Assembly (NCBI GenBank): GCA_964617645.1
Contig: CAZTYE010000013.1
Span: forward strand, 3,956-67,955
Direction: 5' to 3'
DNA length: 64,000 nucleotides
Origin: an uncultured Ignavibacteria bacterium
GTDB taxonomy: Bacteria > Zixibacteria > MSB-5A5 > CAIYYT01
Part shown: positions 30,138 to 39,509 of the stretch, piece after piece
Position numbering within the stretch: the stretch's first letter is position 1
Layout: each line of letters opens with the position of its first letter
Position numbers and translations under genes: made by a program
Notes under the pieces: generated by a model
Database searches by the model: none
Seen by the model: the letters and a program-made list of their open reading frames with translations, nothing else
What the model was told of the DNA's origin: nothing

Positions 30138-30155
30138 TTGCGTAAAATTTCACAA
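30138..30155. promoter_or_regulatory. Rex-type operator (2 mismatches)
   Basis: TTGCGTAAAATTTCACAA versus consensus TTGTGAA-N4-TTCACAA. Confidence 0.5.
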
Positions 30156-30208
30156 AGATTATCCGATATTTTTCAATAGTAAGATGGGAGTTTTTGTCAT
30201 GTTTGTGC

Positions 30209-30237
30209 TTGACAAGGCTGCGCCCGTTGATTAATTA
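30209..30237 (+). promoter_or_regulatory. Sigma70-type promoter of the HybAB-like operon
   Basis: TTGACA (30209-30214), 17-nt spacer, TAATTA, in an AT-rich intergenic region. Confidence 0.5.
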
Positions 30238-30268
30238 TGCTCCGAGAGATGTTTACGTGCGTCGGTGA

Positions 30269-30286
30269 TTGTGAAAAAAATCACAA
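30269..30286. promoter_or_regulatory. Rex-type operator (1 mismatch; also fits CRP-type TGTGA-N6-TCACA)
   Basis: TTGTGAAAAAAATCACAA between the promoter and the start codon. Confidence 0.7.
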
Positions 30287-30319
30287 TTAAACTACCGGCG
30301 CGCTCCAAATAGACGAGGA

Positions 30320-31228
30320 TTGCCGATGACGAATACTCGACGAGAATTGTTCAAATGGGCAGCCGTCGGCGCGGTAACCGCTGTTGCCGGGCGAGCCGAG
30401 GCCAAGGAAGAGGAATTCCCTCTCGATTGCGCGCAAACGTACGGCGTACTGGTTGATACGGTCGTCTGTATCGGCTGTCGCAAGTGCGAGTGGGCGTGCA
30501 ACAACGAGCACAAACTCTCGAATACCGATCTCAAGACATTTGAAGATCGCACGGTTTTCCGAAAGCATCGCCGGCCGACGGACCAGTCGTATACGGTGGT
30601 CAATGAGTTCCGCAATCCGGCCACTCAAAAGCCGTACACGATGAAGGTCCAGTGCATGCACTGCAACCACCCGGCCTGCGTGTCCGCCTGTATCGTCGGC
30701 GCCTTGACCAAGAGCAATTCCGGCTCGGTGGATTATGATGCCTGGAAATGTATCGGCTGCCGGTATTGCATGGTAGCCTGCCCGTTTCAAGTGCCGGCAT
30801 ACGAGTACAGCGAGGCATTCAAGCCGCGGGTGATGAAATGCACCTTCTGCGCCCACCGCTTGGCCGAAGGCAAAAAGCCGGCGTGTGTGGGCATCTGCCC
30901 CAATGAGGCGTTGACGTTCGGGACCCGGCAGGAATTAATCGAAATCGCCAAAGAGCGGATCAAGATCAAGCCGGATGTTTACTATGACCATGTCTACGGC
31001 GAAACGGAGGTCGGCGGCACCAGCTGGATGTACCTGGCGCCGGTCGAGTTCAAGCACACCGAGCTGCCGACTTTGGGCGAGAAGCCGATTCCCAAGCTAA
31101 CCGAGACGATTCAACACGGCATATTCAAGTCGTTCGTTCCGCCGCTGGCACTTTACGGCTTATTGGGGCTGGTCATGTACTCGCTGCGCGAGAAGGATGA
31201 GAAGGAGTCGCACAATGAGCACGCATGA
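30320..31228 (+). CDS. Tat-exported 4Fe-4S dicluster protein (HybA/HmcB-like)
   Basis: Twin-arginine TRRELFK; Cys clusters CIGCRKCEWAC, CMHCNHPACVSAC, CIGCRYCMVACP and KCTFC...PACVGICP; EVGGTSWMYL; C-terminal TM anchor. Confidence 0.9.
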   Translation: MPMTNTRRELFKWAAVGAVTAVAGRAEAKEEEFPLDCAQTYGVLVDTVVCIGCRKCEWACNNEHKLSNTDLKTFEDRTVFRKHRRPTDQSYTVVNEFRNPATQKPYTMKVQCMHCNHPACVSACIVGALTKSNSGSVDYDAWKCIGCRYCMVACPFQVPAYEYSEAFKPRVMKCTFCAHRLAEGKKPACVGICPNEALTFGTRQELIEIAKERIKIKPDVYYDHVYGETEVGGTSWMYLAPVEFKHTELPTLGEKPIPKLTETIQHGIFKSFVPPLALYGLLGLVMYSLREKDEKESHNEHA

Positions 31229-32468
31229 AATTCCGGCCCCGATTCAGCGCGTTCCGTTTTTCACCAAGGGCACGATTATCCTCTCGATCTTGGCCGGACT
31301 CGGGATTTCCGCCTACATCTATAGATTGCTGTTCGGACTGGAAGCCGCGACCAACCTCGACGATCAATTCCCGTGGGGCATCTGGATTGCGATTGATGTC
31401 GCTTCGGGTGTGGCGCTGGCGGCCGGCGGATTTACCAGCGCGGCACTCGCCGACATTTTTCACAAAGACAAATACCACGTGATCACGCGGCCGGCGCTTT
31501 TGACGGCGATGCTGGGATACACGTTTGTCGTGATCGGCCTGCTTGCGGATCTGGGACGCTATTATAATGTGTGGCACCCGATGCTTCCGAGCATGTGGCA
31601 AGGCAATTCGGTGCTGTTCGAAGTCGGCATGTGCGTGATGGTTTATCTGACCGTGCTGTATGTCGAGTTCCTGCCGATCGTGGCGGAGCGATTTATCGGT
31701 CGTGTCAAACTCCCCGGAATATTGCGCGTTTTCAATAGTCTGGTCGACGGCTGGCTGCGAGTCTGCAAGCAGTTCCTCGGGCGATTCCTGTCGCTGTTCA
31801 TCATTGCCGGTGTGGTGCTCTCGTGTTTGCATCAGTCGTCGCTGGGAACGTTGATGGTGATCGCGCCGACAAAAATGCATCCCCTCTGGTGGTCGCCGAT
31901 CTCACCGCTGATGTTCCTGTTGTCGGCGATTGCCGTCGGTTTTCCGATGGTGATTTTTGAATCACTGGTGGCGTCGCGCTCGTTCAAACTCAAGCCGGAG
32001 ATTCCGGTGCTTTCGTCGATCGCGGCCTACACGCCGATTCTTCTGGGGGTCTACCTCGCCGTGAAGATAGGCGATTTGACGATGCGCGATGCGTGGCCGT
32101 TCCTGTTCGAGGGTTCGCTGCAGTCGTTCATGTTCATGATCGAAATCGGCCTGGGCGTGATCGCGCCGCTGTTGATGCTCGCCAATCGCAAGCTGCGACA
32201 AACGGCGAAGGGGCTGTTCATCTCGGCGTCGCTGGTGATCTTTGGCGTGCTGCTCAATCGCATCAATGTCTTTCTTGTCGCCTACGAACCGCTGTATCCG
32301 CAAACGACATACTTCCCTTCGGTGTTCGAGATCATGGTGACGGTCGGACTGGTCTGCGCATTGGTGCTGGTGTATCGGTTCCTGGTGCTCCATTTCCCGG
32401 TGATTGCGCAACCGGCTCATGAAGTGAAGGCCGACAATCCGTCGCCGGCAATCGTAAAGACGGCTTAG
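31215..32468 (+). CDS. NrfD/PsrC-family membrane subunit (HybB/HmcC-like)
   Basis: TNLDDQFPWGIWIAIDV..GVALAAGGF, DLGRYYN.WHP, SVLFEV..C and LHQSSLG; about 10 TM segments. Confidence 0.9.
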   Translation: MSTHEIPAPIQRVPFFTKGTIILSILAGLGISAYIYRLLFGLEAATNLDDQFPWGIWIAIDVASGVALAAGGFTSAALADIFHKDKYHVITRPALLTAMLGYTFVVIGLLADLGRYYNVWHPMLPSMWQGNSVLFEVGMCVMVYLTVLYVEFLPIVAERFIGRVKLPGILRVFNSLVDGWLRVCKQFLGRFLSLFIIAGVVLSCLHQSSLGTLMVIAPTKMHPLWWSPISPLMFLLSAIAVGFPMVIFESLVASRSFKLKPEIPVLSSIAAYTPILLGVYLAVKIGDLTMRDAWPFLFEGSLQSFMFMIEIGLGVIAPLLMLANRKLRQTAKGLFISASLVIFGVLLNRINVFLVAYEPLYPQTTYFPSVFEIMVTVGLVCALVLVYRFLVLHFPVIAQPAHEVKADNPSPAIVKTA

Positions 32469-32483
32469 GTGGAGGTGGATGAA

Positions 32484-33602
32484 GTGAAGAAATATACATC
32501 GATTGCATTCAATGTCCTCGTAGCGTTGTTGCTCAGCGGATCGATATTCGCGCAGAGTAAGCCGAAGGCGGTCAATTGCAGCGAGTGCCATACGTGCCCG
32601 TCCCCGACAGTGGCGAACCCGTGTTTGAAAGCTTGTCCACGAGCGCAGGCGGTTCACCAAGCAACCAAGCACGAAGTCGCCGATGCGCCGGACTCGATGC
32701 TGCTCGGCGACATCGCGGATTTGTATCAACCGGTGCATTTCAATCACAAGCTGCATGCGTCGATGGCGCAAATGGGCGGTGACTGCGCGACGTGCCATCA
32801 CTTCAGCCCACCGGGAAGAATCCCGCCCTGCAAGGAGTGCCATAGCCCGTCCGGTGAATCGAGCGATCTGCGCAAGCCGAACCTCAAAGGCGCCTATCAC
32901 CGCCAGTGCCTGGCCTGTCACCGCGAATGGAGCCATGAAACGCAGTGCGTGCTTTGTCATATTCCTTCGGAAGGCGGCGCGATTGCGCAGTCGGCCAAGG
33001 ATCCGACGGATATCATCGGCACACCGCACCCGAAAATCGTCGCGCCGGATAAGCGGCTGTACACGACGCCGTACAAGCCGGGACCGATGGTGACTTTTTA
33101 TCATGAAGAACACATTCAGCTTTTCAATCTGCGCTGCGTCGATTGTCACAAGCAGGAGAACTGCGGCTCGTGTCATGACATGAAGCGCGAAGTGAAAATC
33201 GCCAAGACGCAGGAAGAAGTGCACGCGATCTGCAACGATTGCCACAACAAGGACGCCTGCGCCAAGTGCCACGACACCAAGGAACGTTCGGCGTTTTCGC
33301 ATGCCGACACCGGTTGGCCGCTCAGTCGTTTCCATCAGAAGCTTGAGTGCCGCGCGTGTCATCCGACGGGCAAGAAGATTGCGCGCTTGAACAATAACTG
33401 CTCCGGTTGTCACGGCGGTTGGAACCAGGCGAATTTCAAGCATGCAATTGTCGGTTTGCAGCTTGACGAAGTGCATATCGAGCTGGAGTGCAGCGACTGT
33501 CACGAAAACAAGAATTTCGCGGCGACGCCGAAGTGCGACGGTTGTCATGATGACGGCCGCACGCACAAGGATGCGCCGCCGGGCGAATTGATCCGCAAGT
33601 AG
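32484..33602 (+). CDS. Multiheme cytochrome c, cytochrome c3-like, 13 CxxCH
   Basis: Signal peptide; 13 CxxCH counted; c3-type V.F.H..H and AYHRQCLACH; GGAGG RBS before GTG at 32484. Confidence 0.9.
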   Translation: MKKYTSIAFNVLVALLLSGSIFAQSKPKAVNCSECHTCPSPTVANPCLKACPRAQAVHQATKHEVADAPDSMLLGDIADLYQPVHFNHKLHASMAQMGGDCATCHHFSPPGRIPPCKECHSPSGESSDLRKPNLKGAYHRQCLACHREWSHETQCVLCHIPSEGGAIAQSAKDPTDIIGTPHPKIVAPDKRLYTTPYKPGPMVTFYHEEHIQLFNLRCVDCHKQENCGSCHDMKREVKIAKTQEEVHAICNDCHNKDACAKCHDTKERSAFSHADTGWPLSRFHQKLECRACHPTGKKIARLNNNCSGCHGGWNQANFKHAIVGLQLDEVHIELECSDCHENKNFAATPKCDGCHDDGRTHKDAPPGELIRK

Positions 33603-33628
33603 TAACTGACGATAACGACGCGAGTACG

Positions 33629-33666
33629 AGCCGCCGGGGATTGACTTTTCCGGCGGCTGCTTTTTT
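33629..33666 (+). terminator. Intrinsic terminator
   Basis: AGCCGCCGG...CCGGCGGCT stem followed by GCTTTTTT. Confidence 0.8.
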
Positions 33667-33777
33667 GTAAACCAAAATCGGCAGGGGGAAGTGATTCACA
33701 CGATTTTTCGAAATAGCGATTGACAAATCGACGATAGTGACGTCATATTGTTAAGGTCAATCTTGGAGAGGAAAACT

Positions 33778-36015
33778 ATGCGGGCGATACGAATTGTCGC
33801 TGTGACTCTGGCGTTGAGCCTTCTGGCAATCGCGCCGGGGAGTTTGGCCATCGAATTCGAGCACGTGGCGTCGATTCATTTGGGGAGTCGGTATCAGAAG
33901 ATCGTCGAGCGAGACGGCTACTGGTACTTGGCGGGCGAATGGGGGCTGGAATGCTGGCGGTTCAATGAGCAAGGGGAGTTTATCCGGCTGTCAGAGGTTG
34001 CTACCCCGGGCATCGCGCAGTGGGTGGCTTTGGAAGGCGACTACGCTTATGTCGCCGACGGCTGGGAGGGGCTCACGATAGTGGATGTTTCGGACCCGAA
34101 CAATCTGCGGTTTGTTAGCAACACACAACCGAGTGGATTCGATGGTGCAGACTACGCTGATGAAGTCTCCTACGTCTGTGTGAGCAATGGAACGGCTTAC
34201 TTAAGTGGTAGACATGGGGTCATCGCGGTCGATGTGTCGAACCAAGTACTGCCGATCCCAGCGATTAGGTTGTCCTATCCAGATCCTGATGCCGATTTGA
34301 TAAGCACAACGGGGATGACGCTGCGATTGGGACAGCACCTTTGGGTTGCTCGTGCCGATGCGCCATTTCACGGTGACACAACCTTTTTCGGCATCTATCA
34401 ATATGATCTCGCAAACCCTAACTACCCCACCTATGTTGGCTACTATCCGACCGCATTCTACTCCCCGAGATTCTTAGCGGTTCAGGATTCGGTACTGTAC
34501 GTAGCAGGCAATTGGGCTTTGCATTCGTACCGCTTGCTGCCAAACGGTGGGCTCGCTGCGCTTGATTCGCTAATTGATCTGCTCTTCATGATCAGCGACC
34601 CGCAGGACATTGCCATGGAAGACGGCACTCTCTATCTTGCCGGCCGGGGGAGCCCCACGACCGGTGGAATCGCCGTAGTTGACATTCTTGACCCCGCAAA
34701 CCTGGCGATCCGAGAAATAAGTCGGCAGATGAAGAAATTCAATTGTCTTGCGAGTAATGGCTCAGAGGTGGTAGCCGGCAGATGGGATAACGATCTGCTG
34801 ATCCTCAATCGAGGAATCGACGGCTTCTTGGATTCGACGCAGTTTATCGAGACGTCATCGCAAGCCCGCGACTTGGTCCAATCCGACGACTTCCTCTACG
34901 TCGCGGATAAAGAGAAAGGCGTTTTGTGCTTCGACCTGTCGACTCCGACCATTCCTCAGCAATGTGAAACACTCAACTTAACTTCTCCAGTTTGTATCGA
35001 TTACATGGGTACACGCCTTCTCGTCGGCCACGAAACATCGTCATACCTCAAAGTCTACGATTGTTCAGAACCGTCAAACCCGAAGATCGTTGACTCATTG
35101 CTGCTCGAAACGGGCACTACGCCGTCGGCGCTGACCCATCGAGATAGCGTCTTGAGAATCTGTTCCGGAAGACTGCACACGGTCGTCAGTTCCGAGGGTG
35201 AGTATAAACAGCTCAATCCGGTATCGGCGCTTCAAGCGGTCGCAGTTGCAACAAACTCCGAATTTGTCGCTACACCTCGTTCACTTTTTGCGATCCAGCC
35301 CGATGTGAGCATCAGTCACGTCGCCGACTTTGGGAACGTAGGTTATCCAGTCACCGGGATTGCGCTCTGCGATAGCCTGATTTATACGGCGGATTGGTTC
35401 CAAGGACTGGGAGTGTTCCGTGTCAACGGCAGTTCGAACGTGGAATTCGTTTCGAGGTGGGACACTGTTTCGAGCTCCGGTTATCCGGGCAGCGCGAACG
35501 ACGTTTGCATCTTCAGCGATAGCCTTTTGCTTCTTGCGCATGGCGAACTTGGGATCGAGATCATTGACGTTGCAGATCACACTAATCCGCGGCACACGGG
35601 CCGCCTGCCGACTTCGGCCTACGCGCAAGCGTTATCGCTCGGCCCAGAGTATCTTTGCGTCGGCGACTTGTTGGGTGTAGAGGTGTTTTCACACGACGGT
35701 CTCATCGCTGTCGATGATGCGGAGGATCCGCTCCCCAGAGAATTCAAACTGCATCAGAATTACCCAAATCCATTCAACTCTTCCACGGTATTGAGTTTCG
35801 ATGTCTTTAGCGCGGCGGAGATAGAGCTTGAAATCTATAACACTTCGGGGCAAGCAGTGGGCCGGCTCGCTTCTGCGCCATACCGCCCAGGCAGCTATGA
35901 AGCGCAATGGAATGGGACCGACGGGCACGGAAAGGAGGTGGCCAGTGGTGTATACTATGCACGTTTGAGATCAAATCATCAGTTACAGACAGTAAAGCTC
36001 ATCATAGTTCGTTAG
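33778..36015 (+). CDS. LVIVD-repeat beta-propeller protein with C-terminal T9SS type A/FlgD-Ig sorting domain
   Basis: Signal peptide; repeats such as YAYVADGWEGLTIVDVSDP and LYVADKEKGVLCFDLSTP; tail FKLHQNYPNPFNSST...WNGTD..G..VASGVYYARL. Confidence 0.85.
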   Translation: MRAIRIVAVTLALSLLAIAPGSLAIEFEHVASIHLGSRYQKIVERDGYWYLAGEWGLECWRFNEQGEFIRLSEVATPGIAQWVALEGDYAYVADGWEGLTIVDVSDPNNLRFVSNTQPSGFDGADYADEVSYVCVSNGTAYLSGRHGVIAVDVSNQVLPIPAIRLSYPDPDADLISTTGMTLRLGQHLWVARADAPFHGDTTFFGIYQYDLANPNYPTYVGYYPTAFYSPRFLAVQDSVLYVAGNWALHSYRLLPNGGLAALDSLIDLLFMISDPQDIAMEDGTLYLAGRGSPTTGGIAVVDILDPANLAIREISRQMKKFNCLASNGSEVVAGRWDNDLLILNRGIDGFLDSTQFIETSSQARDLVQSDDFLYVADKEKGVLCFDLSTPTIPQQCETLNLTSPVCIDYMGTRLLVGHETSSYLKVYDCSEPSNPKIVDSLLLETGTTPSALTHRDSVLRICSGRLHTVVSSEGEYKQLNPVSALQAVAVATNSEFVATPRSLFAIQPDVSISHVADFGNVGYPVTGIALCDSLIYTADWFQGLGVFRVNGSSNVEFVSRWDTVSSSGYPGSANDVCIFSDSLLLLAHGELGIEIIDVADHTNPRHTGRLPTSAYAQALSLGPEYLCVGDLLGVEVFSHDGLIAVDDAEDPLPREFKLHQNYPNPFNSSTVLSFDVFSAAEIELEIYNTSGQAVGRLASAPYRPGSYEAQWNGTDGHGKEVASGVYYARLRSNHQLQTVKLIIVR

Positions 36016-36026
36016 GGGAGGTCACT

Positions 36027-37696
36027 ATGTGGTGCCTAACTCGTGGCATCGGCTTGGTCTTGGCAGCATTGACGCCGGTGTTGAGCAGTGATGCTTCAGC
36101 CCAGACTGAGTCAAAACTGCTGCAAGGCAGAGCTTCTGTGTTATTCACGTTCGTTCCAGTAGTTCAAAGCGGGGCAAACAGCATAAGCGTCGGCGAGCCC
36201 TCGATCGATTCTCTGCTGCAAAAGTTTGGCGTACAGGATATGCGCGCGGTATTCGCGCGACCGGGTGATCCGAAACACCTTGCCGTTTATCAGCGTCTTG
36301 GCATGGATCGAGTTTTTGAAATTCGATTCGACTCAATGAATACAGTGACTTCAGTCGTTGAGGAGTTCGCCCTGAACCAACTGGTCGAGTTCGTGGAAGC
36401 GGTGGGAATTGTTGACGCCTACGACATATCACCGGGAGATGAGAATTTCGCCGATCAATGGTATCACTCGCAGCCGAATGATGTGGACCTGGACTCGCCG
36501 GGTGCATGGGCGTTCGATACGACAATGATTCTGACGAAAATCGCCGTGATTGACGCGGGGATAGACTCGCTGCATCCGGAATTGCGTCCGAATCTCTGGA
36601 AGAACCAAGGAGAATTCATTGGCAATCCGCCATTGCCAACGCAGGACGGGCTGGACAATGACGGAAACGGCTATGTCGACGACATATTTGGGTGGGATAC
36701 AGGGGAGCTTGACGGTGATCCTGTACCGGGTTATCGTCGACTGGGCCAAGACTGCAGCCGGATTGACTGGTTTCACGCGCATGGATCGCGGATCGTTGGT
36801 CCGCTGATGTCGGTCGACAACAACTTCTTGGATATAATTGATCAGAATATTGTGGGTGTCATCTGGCACGGTTCGATCATAAACGTGAAGTGCCTATCGG
36901 ACGCCGGTGCGGCCAGCGCCAATACATTAGCTGCGGGAATCCAATACGCTGCCGATGCCGGAGCGGAGATAGCGAGTATAAGCCGCGGCTATATTGGCTC
37001 GATAGGAACGCTTGGAATGGCTGTTAACTACGCCGACGCGCTCGGCGTTGTCATGGTCGCCGCTGTCTCATACGACACGTCCGCCGAAGGTTATCCGGCA
37101 GGCGACATTCCTTGATCAGCGTCGGCGCGATAAGCCCGAACGGAGCCATAGCGTTTGATCACATCGCATTTGACACTTCTGCAGTCGTGGCGCCTGGATC
37201 TGAAATACTGACAACAGAGGCCCCGGTTGATGTGTGCTTCGAGACCACACACACGGTGCGCGCTGGAACATCGTACGCTACTCCGATGGTCGCCGGTGTG
37301 GCTGGCATAGCGATGGGGCGACGTTGGATGCTGACGAATTCTCGGCCAACGGCGCACGACATTCGTCAGGTCATTTGGAATGCTATTGACGATCAGACTC
37401 ACCCAACGGATCCGCACGGCTTCGATCCGCTTTATGGTCGCGGCCGAGTGAACTTCGAGAAGGCGATCTACGCGGTCAGTCGGGGCGATGTCGACGACAA
37501 TGGCTCTTTGTCAATTGCGGATGCCGTCTACCTAAACAACTGGATTTGGGCGGGCGGTCCGGCTCCGAAGCCGAAGATCGGGGTCGGCGATTGCGATTGC
37601 AGCAGCAACGTGTCGATGAGCGATGTCGTCTATCTTGCCAATTACATCTTCTCCGGCGGACCGCCGCCGAAGATTTGCTTCAATTTCAATTATTAG
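36027..37696 (+). pseudogene. S8 subtilisin-family protease with C-terminal dockerin-like module, frameshifted at ~37111
   Basis: IAVIDAGID (Asp) and HGSRIVG (His) lie in frame 1, which stops at 37115; GTSYATPMVAG (Ser) and the dockerin lie in 37112-37696. One extra base after ATTCC restores YPAGDIPLISVGA. Confidence 0.8.
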
Positions 37697-37906
37697 GAAC
37701 TCATTCACGAGTGCCGGGGCCGATGCACGTCTGTTTGTAGCGGCCCCGGTTCTGAATTGAGTTAGGGGGACAAAGCGCTGTCACCACTACGTTCTGTTCC
37801 GAAACAGGGATTGCCGGATGATCGCCGCAATTACCCGCCACGAAAATGTTCGCGCTGGCTTATCAAGTGGGTAAGCGCTACGGCACTTGGCGTCGATAAA
37901 GAATAG

Positions 37907-38746
37907 GTGATTACACGCATCAAAATCGGGTTGTTGACGCTGCTGGCGGGAATCGCGTTTTACTACTTTGGTCGGGGCTTGCCGGATGGGAGGGCGGATT
38001 TCGAGAAGGGGCATCCGCATGAAGAGGTCAATTGCGAGTTGTGCCACAAGTTCGACGGCAACATGCGCGGCTTTGGCGTGAGCGTGGCGCGCAACGCGAT
38101 GTGCCTGACTTGTCACACGACGGCCAAGCTTCATGATGTCAAACTGCGTTCGTTCCACGCGGCGACGACACCCAATTGCAACGAGTGCCACAGTTTTCAC
38201 GCGCCGAGCCGGGTGATTGCCAACGGCGACACGACGACGATGGCGATCGTGGCTGGCCTCGACGAGATTTGCGCGGACTGTCACAACAATCCGGGTCGGC
38301 CGGTGGTGTCGGTCGGTCATGAGGCGGCGGCGCGATTAATTCACGGATCGCTCGATCCGGCCTGGGTGGCGCAGCCGTCGCAATACTGTATGGCGTGTCA
38401 CGACGCGGACGCCGCACCGCGTGGTGATGCCAATACCGGGCAGGTGACGCCGAGGATCCACACGGTCGGCGGCCACGCGATTGGAATTCCATTGATTCCC
38501 GGCTTTCAGCGGGCGGGTGCGGACAATAAGATCCGCGATCAGATACCCGAGTTCGTCCGTACGATCAACGGAAATATCGAGTGCCTGACCTGCCATTCAC
38601 TGAGTTCGGGCAGCGCGTTCCTGCTGGTGACCGGGCACCAGAACGACTTGTGTAACGGCTGCCACAATGTCGATCCGAACATTCCAGAAACAAGGCCACC
38701 GGTCTTCACTCAGCGTTCAGCGAACGGCGACCGGGTGCGTCCGTAA
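37907..38746 (+). CDS. Multiheme cytochrome c, 7 CxxCH, N-terminal membrane anchor or signal
   Basis: CELCH, CLTCH, CNECH, CADCH, CMACH, CLTCH, CNGCH; the last pair has the doubled-CXXCH pattern. Confidence 0.85.
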   Translation: MITRIKIGLLTLLAGIAFYYFGRGLPDGRADFEKGHPHEEVNCELCHKFDGNMRGFGVSVARNAMCLTCHTTAKLHDVKLRSFHAATTPNCNECHSFHAPSRVIANGDTTTMAIVAGLDEICADCHNNPGRPVVSVGHEAAARLIHGSLDPAWVAQPSQYCMACHDADAAPRGDANTGQVTPRIHTVGGHAIGIPLIPGFQRAGADNKIRDQIPEFVRTINGNIECLTCHSLSSGSAFLLVTGHQNDLCNGCHNVDPNIPETRPPVFTQRSANGDRVRP

Positions 38747-38892
38747 AAACGACCACGATATCGACCTTTTCGATAGATTTTAATGTAGACCTTACTGGTC
38801 GATTCTGCATTTTGTAACCCACTGTCGGGCTGTCAGATAGTTTTCTCAAGATAGTAGACATTAACTTTCTTCAGGGGAATCGAAAATATCCC

Positions 38893-38928
38893 TTGACAAG
38901 CAGACTAATCTTGTTACCTTTTTCACAA
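38893..38928 (+). promoter_or_regulatory. Sigma70 promoter with extended -10 overlapped by a Rex-type operator
   Basis: TTGACA (38893-38898), 16-nt spacer with TG, TACCTT; operator TTGTTACCTTTTTCACAA at 38911-38928. Confidence 0.7.
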
Positions 38929-38969
38929 TCTTAGACGCGCCGCTTAGAGCTATGGCGTTGTGAGGCAAT

Positions 38970-39494
38970 ATGAAACGGATAATGACCGTACTTGTGATAG
39001 GGGCAATCTTCTGGGCGGCTACCGAATCCTTCGCCGGCGAAATTTCCAAAGACAGCACTTTTAGATCCGACACACTGACGGCGCCGCTTCCGGGCTGGAA
39101 AGTCGGAATCGACTCGACCAATATCAAGGATACAACCTCGTTTTTTGTTATCGAGACCCGACACAAGGTTTTCGGGAATTTCCGGCAGGTCGACACGGTC
39201 AGGTTTGGAAGGCAATTCGAGTTGGGTGAAGGCGAAGAAGTGGCGGTGGTGATGGCCTTCAATCCGCACTTGGCGATTTCGACGAAGGGCACGGCGATTG
39301 CGTTTTCGGACACGCTCTGGAATCCGGCGGCGCGAGTGCGCGTTCTCGACAAGAGCGGAAAGGTCATCCAAGAAGGCTGGGCGTTTCACTACACCGACGC
39401 GCCGCACTACCCGCGCAACCACCTGTTTGGATTTCGATTGCTGGCCTACAAAGTAGACTCACAGTTTATCATTCCCCCGGTTGAGAAGAAGTAG
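38970..39494 (+). CDS. Secreted hypothetical protein, possibly ResB-subdomain/DUF2155-like
   Basis: Signal peptide; FNP...NPAARVRV...EGWAF segment recalls a periplasmic region of ResB-type proteins (by memory, not aligned); first gene after the promoter. Confidence 0.55.
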   Translation: MKRIMTVLVIGAIFWAATESFAGEISKDSTFRSDTLTAPLPGWKVGIDSTNIKDTTSFFVIETRHKVFGNFRQVDTVRFGRQFELGEGEEVAVVMAFNPHLAISTKGTAIAFSDTLWNPAARVRVLDKSGKVIQEGWAFHYTDAPHYPRNHLFGFRLLAYKVDSQFIIPPVEKK

Positions 39495-39509
39495 TTATCG
39501 GAGGCCTTC

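Noticed and set aside
30320-32468. Calling these genes hydrogenase-2 (hybA/hybB)
   Set aside because: No NiFe small or large subunit or maturation genes are in the window, and the operon ends at a terminator after the cytochrome.
31962-33566. 534-aa minus-strand ORF, and similar long antisense ORFs (15618-17189, 40704-41306, 41328-42194, 49929-50750)
   Set aside because: They are shadows of well-supported plus-strand genes in GC-rich DNA and carry no recognisable motifs.
37113-37115. Selenocysteine or read-through at the TGA in the S8 gene
   Set aside because: The downstream protease half is in a different frame, so read-through would not restore it.
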